Notes: generated by a model from the sequence alone, not told the origin. Positions 1-6,443 are shown, numbered from the stretch's first letter. The stretch: 32,000 nucleotides of DNA from Xylanibacter ruminicola 23 (GCF_000025925.1 NC_014033.1:1170001-1202000), one strand, 5' to 3'. Made by a program: numbers and translations.

Positions 1-247
1 CATATATGCGTTCTGATATCTCTGCGGGATTGTTAGTAAATATATCTACAGCAAGAGTAGTTTTGCTCCAATCGTCATTAATTAGGTCAAGATATTTACA
101 AGCATTTGTGTAGTAATCAGCTTGACGGAGTGTAAAACCGCAATAATCAGCCAGTTCCTGCTTACTACATCCAGGATGCATATAGATATACATAAAGGTA
201 TCTACCACCAAATCCAAATTATTTGCTTGAATTAAAACCTTTCCCAT
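1..247 (-). CDS. Hypothetical protein, N-terminal 82 codons only (gene runs off the left edge); possible partner of the Dam methyltransferase
   Basis: The ATG at 247 (minus strand) lies 3 nt after the dam stop codon (TAA GCT ATG). The frame stays open to position 1 (MGKVLIQANNLDLVVDTFMYIYMHPGCSKQELADYCGFTLRQADYYTNACKYLDLINDDW...). It is absent from the ORF track because it is truncated. I recognise no motif. Confidence 0.4.
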   Translation of the reverse strand, partial: MGKVLIQANNLDLVVDTFMYIYMHPGCSKQELADYCGFTLRQADYYTNACKYLDLINDDWSKTTLAVDIFTNNPAEISERIY

Positions 248-250
248 AGC

Positions 251-1177
251 TTAATACCTTCTGATGACGACTTCGGTTTGCTTCTTTCGTTTTTCAGGAT
301 CTGCATTGATGAATCTCGTAGCGAGTACCCGATTAAGATTATACCCTTCGTATAGGTTTTCAAAATACGAATCTCCATTATCAGTTTTACTATCAGAATT
401 ACTTAACATTATCAGGCAATTCCGATTATAAAGCCTATCGCAGAACACTTTCAATTCTTTCTGTTGTCTGTCATCAAACGGCTCGTTCGTATATTCCTTA
501 AAAGACGATGTTTCGTTCAAAGGACGATAAGGAGGATCGAAATATACAAAGTTTGAATTATTTCTGCTGAGGTTATGACTTACTTGTTTATAATCTCCTG
601 GCTTGCGAATCACCAAATCAACAGAATTAAGAAGCTGGTGATCGGCCATTATCAGTTCTTCGTTGCAGATGACGGGCTTCCTGTAACGTCCGTATGGAAC
701 ATTGAATCTCCCTGCCGCGTTTACTCTGTGTAGCCCGTTAAAACATGTATGATTTAAGAATATGAATAACGCAGCCCTTTCGTCAGGATGTATTCCTTCG
801 CTATTATACTGATCGCGATAGAAATAATACAAATCTCTTCTTTCTAGGAAATCCACTCTAAAGTAGTTATCTTCAATATTCCTCAATCTATCAATAAGTG
901 TTTGAGGCTCGTTGGTAACCAATTGATAACAACGGATAAGATCTGCATTGATATCATTGATAACGGCCCGCTTGATACACTTATGGCGTTGCAGCATGTG
1001 AAATAGCATTGCGCCACCACCAACGAAGGGTTCTATGTAAGTTACATTTTCAAGATCGTCGAAATCAGTTGGGAGTAGTGCTTCCAACTGCTGAAGGAGA
1101 TTTCCTTTTCCGCCTGCCCATTTTACGAAAGGCTTGGGCGTGATGGCCTTTTTCTTTACTACCGTGTTTTGAGGCAT
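251..1177 (-). CDS. dam: Site-specific DNA adenine methyltransferase, Dam / alpha-class N6-adenine MTase (probably GATC, specificity not provable here)
   Basis: It has the N-terminal FVKWAGGK motif, the SAM-binding EPFVGGGA motif and the catalytic DPPY motif. The FNGLHRVNAAGRFNVPYGRYRKP segment is collinear with E. coli Dam. Confidence 0.9.
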   Translation of the reverse strand: MPQNTVVKKKAITPKPFVKWAGGKGNLLQQLEALLPTDFDDLENVTYIEPFVGGGAMLFHMLQRHKCIKRAVINDINADLIRCYQLVTNEPQTLIDRLRNIEDNYFRVDFLERRDLYYFYRDQYNSEGIHPDERAALFIFLNHTCFNGLHRVNAAGRFNVPYGRYRKPVICNEELIMADHQLLNSVDLVIRKPGDYKQVSHNLSRNNSNFVYFDPPYRPLNETSSFKEYTNEPFDDRQQKELKVFCDRLYNRNCLIMLSNSDSKTDNGDSYFENLYEGYNLNRVLATRFINADPEKRKKQTEVVIRRY

Positions 1178-1246
1178 CGGTCAGTTTATGTTCTGACTGA
1201 TACCCGTTAGTCAGAGGGTTCATAGCTATTCAACGACAATATATAC

Positions 1247-1550
1247 GAAAAAAACGGGGTATCCTCATCTGCCGTTCCCCATTTAGGCCGTCGGAAGCCC
1301 TCTCAAAAGAACAACAGAGTCTGAATACCCACGCTGGCCAATATACAATGCACCCAAAAGTGTGCGTGAGGGTATTAGCTACCCTCGCAGCACACTCCGG
1401 GATGTATATACAACCCGTCAGCATCCATCTCCGCTTTTGTCTTGATTTGAGATTTGAATTTCCGACGTTCAAATGGTCAAAACAAAGCATCAATGACGCT
1501 TAATCCGTAATGTCGTGTCTCAACCCACTATCCCGAAGGCGTGAGTACTG
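1247..1550 (-). ncRNA. Candidate structured ~300-nt leader or non-coding RNA between the nuclease-like gene and dam
   Basis: It has its own TActTTTG -7 box at 1557-1564 (minus). A 5' hairpin with a CC-UUCG-GG tetraloop lies at 1523-1546. An interrupted 6+7 bp hairpin lies at 1360-1395 (GUGUGC..GAGGGUA-GCUAA-UACCCUC..GCACAC). A weak stem followed by U7 lies at 1248-1280. The only ORF here (87 aa, Cys/Arg/Trp-rich) does not look like a protein. Confidence 0.3.
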
Positions 1551-1556
1551 ACGTTG

Positions 1557-1564
1557 CAAAAGTA
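1557..1564 (-). promoter_or_regulatory. Bacteroidetes -7 promoter box (TActTTTG) driving the leader and dam
   Basis: Plus-strand caaaagta is TACTTTTG on the minus strand. It sits inside the motif gcaaaagtacaaaaagttt, which is shared with the promoters at 4105 and 5727. Confidence 0.55.
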
Positions 1565-1647
1565 CAAAAAGTTTATGAGATTCCATCCAATTAAACAGAA
1601 AATATGCAATTTAATATGAATTTTGCTTTAAAAAGTGTGTCTATACA

Positions 1648-2367
1648 TTACCAAATACTCCCATCTACCATTTTCAGACCTTCGTACAAGTTCACGACCT
1701 GCTTGTAGTTTAGAAACTTGACTCGATTTTCGATAGGTGAAAACATGGATACGTGCAACTTGTCTTCATATTCTTTCTTACGGCTTGAATCTGCTACAAT
1801 GAAGAAACCGGCATTGAAATCCTGAAGCTCGTAAAACTTGGTTAATGAGTTCTTGATGTCAGTTGTATGTTCAACCTCGTAAAAATCGGATGGCATATTG
1901 CGTTCGTTAAACCAAATAACATCTATCGTACGTGCTCTACGCTTCAAATCATCATAAGTAAAGTCAGGTAGTTCAGTGGTATCCGTTATCTCTCCTAGCC
2001 TCTTATCAATAAAGAGCTTATTCTGATCTTGCGCTGGTACGTATGTTGTATGGTGGCGGAATTTACCGATCTCAACAAGCAATCCCTGATAGTAACCATG
2101 ACTGAATTGTTCCACGCTTTTTTTGTTTCCTAGCTGTAAATCAAAATGCTGTAATACAACATCGCGCATTTCTTCTAAGGCCCAAAGACCGGGCTGTATT
2201 TTGAAAATCTTCGGGCTGTTTTGAACGATACGACGAATAGAAGCATCTGGAGTCTTTGTGCCCCATGTCGTGAAGTCCACAAGTTCGTTAAGTCTTCGTA
2301 GTGTAGCATAGCCTCCTGCATCACGAAGCACTTCAATTACTTGCTGTTCCTGGGTAATACTCCTCAT
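1648..2367 (-). CDS. Putative restriction-type endonuclease: N-terminal winged-helix (HARE-HTH/Mrr_N-like) plus C-terminal PD-(D/E)xK-like domain
   Basis: The N-terminus (VIEVLRDAGGYATLRRLNELV...IFKIQPGLWAL) has the typical wHTH ending G-x-W/Y-x-L. The C-terminus (IDVIWFNE...FYEVEHTTDIKNSL) resembles a D...E-x-E...K nuclease core. The gene lies next to a Dam MTase. The function is inferred. Confidence 0.45.
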   Translation of the reverse strand: MRSITQEQQVIEVLRDAGGYATLRRLNELVDFTTWGTKTPDASIRRIVQNSPKIFKIQPGLWALEEMRDVVLQHFDLQLGNKKSVEQFSHGYYQGLLVEIGKFRHHTTYVPAQDQNKLFIDKRLGEITDTTELPDFTYDDLKRRARTIDVIWFNERNMPSDFYEVEHTTDIKNSLTKFYELQDFNAGFFIVADSSRKKEYEDKLHVSMFSPIENRVKFLNYKQVVNLYEGLKMVDGSIW

Positions 2368-2695
2368 TTCAATAATGCTTGCTATTTCGATTTACTCTAG
2401 GCGAAAGGCTATTGTATGTCTCAACACCGCCAGTACCTGATTTGTATATGATGGTATCAATAAAGTACAGATGGTCCTCATCGTCAATGAGCAACAATGT
2501 TACTTTTTAGACTAATCAGCTGGAAAGATTACCAAGCCGTTGCTCTCGCAAGTTCCTCAATCTTCTTAAGGCCCCCTCACGTGGTAGCGGATGCGCTTTC
2601 CAATATGCAACCTTTGCCATCTTGATAGCGTTCATTTTCTTGTGATAATCGTTCAGAACTACATCCATTCATCTATTAATTAGAAATTATCGCAG

Positions 2696-2703
2696 CAAAT
2701 ATA
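2696..2703 (-). promoter_or_regulatory. -7 box TAtaTTTG for the minus-strand transcript entering the 1648-2367 gene
   Basis: Plus-strand caaatata is TATATTTG on the minus strand. About 330 nt of leader follow, containing only very short ORFs (39 aa at 2516-2635 and 31 aa from 2672). Confidence 0.45.
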
Positions 2704-2763
2704 CATCTTTTTGGGATAGAATCCAATTATTTTCATGTTTTTCTTTAGAAAAGTCCAAAAATA

Positions 2764-2795
2764 TTTGGAATAAAATAAAAACAATCCTATATTTG
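2764..2795 (+). promoter_or_regulatory. Consensus Bacteroidetes promoter (-33 TTTG, 20-nt spacer, -7 TAtaTTTG) facing right
   Basis: TTTG lies at 2764-2767 and TATATTTG at 2788-2795. The ATG of a 45-codon ORF follows 28 nt downstream. Confidence 0.55.
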
Positions 2796-2822
2796 CTACA
2801 AAGAATAAGTATTTAGAGAAAA

Positions 2823-2960
2823 ATGGGAATAAAGAAGGTTACGTACGAGGAAGCATTAGCACGCATTAAGCGTTCGCTTGAAATCAGGCGGAACGTTGAA
2901 CGACGTATGGCTGATGAATGGGAAAATATGGGGTTAAAAGGTACTGTCGAGTCCCTATGA
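2823..2960 (+). CDS. Small charged helical protein candidate (45 aa), convergent with the 368-aa gene
   Basis: The sequence is MGIKKVTYEEALARIKRSLEIRRNVERRMADEWENMGLKGTVESL. It lies directly behind a consensus promoter and is below the ORF-track size cutoff. It ends 10 nt from the stop codon of the convergent 2971-4077 gene. Confidence 0.3.
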   Translation: MGIKKVTYEEALARIKRSLEIRRNVERRMADEWENMGLKGTVESL

Positions 2961-2970
2961 TTTTTTCTGC

Positions 2971-4077
2971 TCACATAGGGTATAATTCCCTTATGGTTTC
3001 GGCAGCTGTAGCTTCGTTATATTGGTATATATCCATTAACAACAGTTTGGCACATTCGCGCCAGGCAAATTTTCTTACTCCCATACGTGCAGCAATCTCG
3101 CGCGCAACCTTAACAAGTTCCTTAAATGGATCAAAATCTTTATCATTTTCGTCTAAGCCATGCAGATAACGTAAAATAGACGCGTGGGATTCACGGCCGA
3201 GTTTAGTCCAAAAATCGGAATCGTAAATAGTAGCGATGCCCATCTGCATAAAAATCTTGCTAAAGGTCATACTTAGTTTCAAACCTCTAGTCTGGAAACT
3301 TGTATCTACACCCAGCGACTCCAACTTATCAATCTTATCATAAAAAGCCTTGGCTACATCTTTTATATCGCCACAATTATTTAAACGGCGTTCGGTAACC
3401 TCAAGCGGTTCAAAACGGGTAAGATCACCAAGCGAGCGAACATGTTCGGTGCGGGCTGCTTGTGCCTTAGATAGCTGAGCATCTGTAAGGATGGTACGAA
3501 CCTCGAAGACATTCTCTTTTCCCGACCGACGAATACCATGACCAGTACAATCGGTTGTGATACGGACCGTGATGCGTTCTACACCATTTTCATCGGGCTC
3601 CATCGGACTAACAGTGAACGATCTTGTTGAAGTAATAAATTTCATCAAGAGCTCGTTCTTATCGCCACTCACCCCCATACGCTCGGCATAACGCTGAAAA
3701 AAATGAGGGGTAAAAATGAGAACACAATTCATGTCGCCACCATGAATCAGTTCGTTAAAACCTACCATGAAAACACCAATAGAGCTGGCTGTTTCGAAAT
3801 AACAAAAACAATTAGGCATGCAATTAGAAGCCAAGCTATCAGGATAGTAAAAGGCATTTTCGAAGCATATCCAACGATTGCCTTCTGACGAAGTGTAATA
3901 GACTGGCTTAGAGAGCATTGGACGCTGAGAATAAGCACACTTACGCAGCAAATCGTCGCGCATGGCTTCATAACGTTTTTCGCCACCGAACTGTTTAATC
4001 ATCCAGTATTTAGCTTTTTCGTATTCTTTGGCCAAGGTGGCCCACATAACGTCTGATGGAGTATTTAAATTTATCAT
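2971..4077 (-). CDS. Hypothetical protein, 368 aa, no recognisable domain
   Basis: This is a long ORF with protein-like composition and its own TActTTTG promoter at 4105-4112. The N-terminal half is Cys/aromatic-rich and beta-like, ending in FTPHFFQRYAERMG. The C-terminal ~150 aa look helical. Confidence 0.8.
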   Translation of the reverse strand: MINLNTPSDVMWATLAKEYEKAKYWMIKQFGGEKRYEAMRDDLLRKCAYSQRPMLSKPVYYTSSEGNRWICFENAFYYPDSLASNCMPNCFCYFETASSIGVFMVGFNELIHGGDMNCVLIFTPHFFQRYAERMGVSGDKNELLMKFITSTRSFTVSPMEPDENGVERITVRITTDCTGHGIRRSGKENVFEVRTILTDAQLSKAQAARTEHVRSLGDLTRFEPLEVTERRLNNCGDIKDVAKAFYDKIDKLESLGVDTSFQTRGLKLSMTFSKIFMQMGIATIYDSDFWTKLGRESHASILRYLHGLDENDKDFDPFKELVKVAREIAARMGVRKFAWRECAKLLLMDIYQYNEATAAETIRELYPM

Positions 4078-4103
4078 TTCATTTATTCAGTTTGTTAAGC
4101 GGG

Positions 4104-4174
4104 GCAAAAGTACAAAAAAGTTTTGAAAAAAATACAAGAATGGGGCTAAAAATATGCAATATAAAAGAAAAAAG
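4104..4174. repeat. Promoter cassette copy A (~70 bp), paralogous to 5726-5794
   Basis: gcaaaagtacaaaaaagttttgaaaaaaatacaagaatggggctaaaaatatgcaatataaaagaaaaaag aligns with copy B with only a few substitutions and 1-nt indels. It contains the -7 box of the 368-aa gene (4105-4112, minus). Confidence 0.7.
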
Positions 4175-4250
4175 TCCCAAAATATTTGGAACTTATTGAA
4201 ATTGTTCTTGCTTTTTAGCAAGCGGCAGAGCCGATCGCTTATCTTTGCTA

Positions 4251-4277
4251 CAAAAAAGACACCTTCATGGTGTCTTA
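4251..4277 (-). terminator. Intrinsic terminator of the AlbA_2-family gene
   Basis: The minus strand reads TAAGACACC-AUGAA-GGUGUCUU followed by UUUUG. The stem overlaps the stop codon. Confidence 0.7.
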
Positions 4278-5696
4278 TTTTGTAAGCTTATCAAATACCG
4301 ATTTACCTAAATCTGTTAGTACCCATTCGCCATCCTTGCGGCCACCTTTTCGAGTGAGAATGCCACTTGTTTGCAATTTTTCAATATCACGTTTAATAGT
4401 TCTAATCACCACACCTGTCTTTTGTGACATTTCAGATATTGTTATTGATGCGTTTGTATATATCATTTGCAATATAACCAATTGTCTTTCAGACAGTTCC
4501 TTGGTGACATCTTTGGTGACATCTTTGGTGACATCTTTTACGCCAACTTCCTCCTCAGCATTGGCATAAATGATGGTTTGGAACTGAGTGGGAGTAGATT
4601 TGAATACAGGTTTCAATTCGTCCCTGTAGCCCTCCAGCGCTTTTGTTTCGTTGCAGATTCGGGTTAATCCGCTTCCACGTTTCTCCATGTAGTCGAGCTG
4701 GGCCATCACATTGGCAAGAATGGGGTTGCGGCGCTCGGAAGACACATCAGCAATATTCAGATTCTGAATTAGCATGCCGTTATACATACCGCCAGGCGAG
4801 GTTACAACAATGCGATCGTCGTAAATATCCAGATGTACCTCGGACCCCATCACGGTATAATCACGATGTATAAAGTGGTTTACCATTGCCTCTAACACGG
4901 CACGCTCGGCATACTCGGGTTTGTTTTTGCGACCATCAGGCAGTTTCTCCCAGCCACGCTTGGTGTTAGATTTCACAAAGTTCATAGCCTCATTAAGCAA
5001 TAGCAGTACGTTGCCGGTGTACTCAGCATCGTTAATGGCATCGCCCTTCTCCTTGCCATCCCATCGTGTACAATACAGACGCGACTGCGACATCGGACTG
5101 TAATCGGCAAACAATGCACCTGCATTAGTAAGCTGACCTTCTTCAGTTACAAGTCCGAAAGATAGGAGATACTTTTTATCCCATTCCTGACCGGTTCGCT
5201 TTTTAAAAGTATTAGCCAAGAAAGCAAAAGAGTTGTCCTCAACTTTATAGTCGGTAAGCAGCGAGTCGTAAGTCCTGTTGGTACCTTTCAAAACCAAACG
5301 TAGCATCTGTTCGGAGGTGGCTGGCAGGCTCTCGTCGCCCACACGTATAAAGGCAATGCGCTGACCATCACCCACGTAGTAGTATGGTGTGTAATTACCG
5401 GACTTTACCTTCAGCTGTAGTACATACATCCCGTCTATCCTATGCGGAATCATTTCTACATCTGGCAAAGGATCCATATAGTCGCGAATCTTGCAACTGA
5501 TAGCTTCGCACACATGCTGCACATCGGCTAGTCCTACTACGATGCCCTCATTATTTACACCATAGAACAGACTACCACCCATGCCATTGGCAAAAGCGCT
5601 TACACTCTTAAGCCAGCTTTTAGGTTTGCTTTCCTCGAGTGCAACTTTATAGTCGTAAGCTGTACATTCAGCTATCAGTTCTTGTATAGTCGTCAT
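4275..5696 (-). CDS. AlbA_2 (Schlafen-like, 'divergent AAA') + HATPase_c_4 ('RecG-like C-terminal') + C-terminal DeoR-type wHTH protein; putative DNA-binding regulator or sensor
   Basis: The N-terminus (ECTAYDYKVALEESKPKSWLKSVSAFANGMGGSLFYGV) is typical of AlbA_2. ERAVLEAMVNHFIHRDYTVMGSEVHLDIYDDRIVVTSPGG is typical of HATPase_c_4. LSERQLVILQMIYTNASITISEMSQKTGVVIRTIKRDIEKLQ is an HTH. I place the start at MTTIQ (5696) because the TAccTTTG box at 5727-5734 lies inside the longer 5786 ORF. Confidence 0.8.
   Translation of the reverse strand: MTTIQELIAECTAYDYKVALEESKPKSWLKSVSAFANGMGGSLFYGVNNEGIVVGLADVQHVCEAISCKIRDYMDPLPDVEMIPHRIDGMYVLQLKVKSGNYTPYYYVGDGQRIAFIRVGDESLPATSEQMLRLVLKGTNRTYDSLLTDYKVEDNSFAFLANTFKKRTGQEWDKKYLLSFGLVTEEGQLTNAGALFADYSPMSQSRLYCTRWDGKEKGDAINDAEYTGNVLLLLNEAMNFVKSNTKRGWEKLPDGRKNKPEYAERAVLEAMVNHFIHRDYTVMGSEVHLDIYDDRIVVTSPGGMYNGMLIQNLNIADVSSERRNPILANVMAQLDYMEKRGSGLTRICNETKALEGYRDELKPVFKSTPTQFQTIIYANAEEEVGVKDVTKDVTKDVTKELSERQLVILQMIYTNASITISEMSQKTGVVIRTIKRDIEKLQTSGILTRKGGRKDGEWVLTDLGKSVFDKLTK
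4503..4538. repeat. Perfect 3 x 12-bp tandem repeat inside the coding sequence (encodes KDVT x3 in the linker before the wHTH)
   Basis: ggtgacatcttt occurs at 4503-4514, 4515-4526 and 4527-4538. The period is in frame. Confidence 0.9.
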
Positions 5697-5725
5697 TTTC
5701 AGTTCATTATTTTTAGTCTTTGCTT

Positions 5726-5794
5726 GCAAAGGTACAAAAAGTTTTGGGAAAAAATACAATATTAAGGCTAAAAATTCAATATACAAGAAAAAAG
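5726..5794. repeat. Promoter cassette copy B, paralogous to 4104-4174
   Basis: The sequence is gcaaaggtacaaaaagttttgggaaaaaatacaatattaaggctaaaaattcaatatacaagaaaaaag. It contains the -7 box TAccTTTG (5727-5734, minus). Confidence 0.7.
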
Positions 5795-5824
5795 GACGGA
5801 GAAAACGATAACATTCTCCGCCCC
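5786..5824 (-). terminator. Terminator-like hairpin on the minus strand at the right edge of the accessory block
   Basis: The minus strand reads CGGAGAA-(10 nt)-UUCUCCG followed by UCCUUUUUUCUU. No convincing gene lies upstream of it on that strand. Confidence 0.35.
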
Positions 5825-6023
5825 ATATGTTGCATTGTTATAGATTTACCAGTCGGACAACCCGTATATATAGCCTTCATATTTTTTTGCGAGATGATCT
5901 TTCATCAACTGTGGTTGTATTAGCTTTTATAATCGGTAAATCCCCAATGGACTGTACACTGGCATTAAAAAATGAAACAAAGAAGAACTGAGCAAGAAAA
6001 ATAATCACTTCACGAAAGAAAAA

Positions 6024-6186
6024 TTTCAGTAATTTCAGTTTCAGTTTTGTTAGTGAGCAAGATGCATATTTGCAAAAAATCAACCTATTTAATATAACTA
6101 TTATATATATTACAATATATATAATAGTTAATCTTTGTATTGAGTTTTAACAGCACATAAAAGAAACTGAAACTGAAATACTGAAA
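6024..6186. repeat. Nested inverted repeats: outer ~25-bp arms made of TTTCAG units, and an inner perfect 15-bp palindrome
   Basis: The left arm is tttcagtaatttcagtttcagtttt (6024-6048). The right arm aaaagaaactgaaactgaaatactgaaa (6159-6186) is its reverse complement with one 1-nt indel. The inner palindrome is taactattatatata-ttacaa-tatatataatagtta at about 6095-6130. Confidence 0.85.
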
Positions 6187-6258
6187 CCGCTAAGTAGCCG
6201 AGTGTACAAATTAACAATTCATTAACAGTTGATATTTTTATATATGACGAAAATTTCG

Positions 6259-6266
6259 TACCTTTG
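6259..6266 (+). promoter_or_regulatory. -7 box TAccTTTG for the HU-like gene (leaves a ~170-nt 5' UTR)
   Basis: tacctttg lies at 6259-6266. The UTR carries three CACGTG/CACACG-containing words and an (AACATTA)-type repeat at 6377-6410. Confidence 0.5.
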
Positions 6267-6443
6267 CATTGTCAAGATGAAGATGGAGATGAGGCTCCCA
6301 CACGAGGAAAAAGATTCTCCCACGTGCACTAAGAAAATCTACCTCACGTGAGCGCAAAACCAACATCGGAGTTGAGACATTAAACATTAAAGATTAAACA
6401 TTAAAAATTATTTTTACAACAACACAAAAACAAAATTAGAATT

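Noticed and set aside
1330-1400. Partial resemblance to a TPP riboswitch (AAUACCC ... UGGCCAGCGUGGG, similar to thiM AAUACCC ... UGCCAGCGUAGGGA)
   Set aside because: The CUGAGA and ACCUGAUC core elements are missing, the order of elements does not match the aptamer, and a thiamine riboswitch upstream of a DNA methylase makes no biological sense. It is probably coincidental.
1230-1493. 87-aa ORF on the minus strand in the dam-upstream spacer
   Set aside because: Its composition (many Cys, Arg and Trp; no hydrophobic periodicity) is not protein-like. It runs straight through the strong hairpins and through the U7 tract. I treat the region as non-coding RNA or a leader.
4267-4569. 100-aa ORF antisense to the 3' end of the AlbA_2 gene, starting just after a TAtcTTTG word
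   Set aside because: It is Ser/Leu-rich and of low complexity, partly created by the 12-bp repeat. The upstream promoter copy lacks a properly spaced -33 element. I kept it only as a possible antisense transcript, not as a protein.
5877-6083. 68-aa minus-strand ORF, and a 34-codon ORF starting at 5880, in the island/core junction
   Set aside because: It lies in AT-rich low-complexity sequence that overlaps the inverted-repeat arm and the terminator-like hairpin. It has no promoter box and a Phe/Lys-rich composition typical of translated AT-rich spacers.
6278-6349. 23-codon ORF (MKMEMRLPHEEKDSPTCTKKIYLT) in the 5' UTR of the HU-like gene
   Set aside because: There is no supporting signal. 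The repeated CACGTG-like words in this UTR are more simply read as RNA or DNA motifs. I cannot evaluate it without comparative data.
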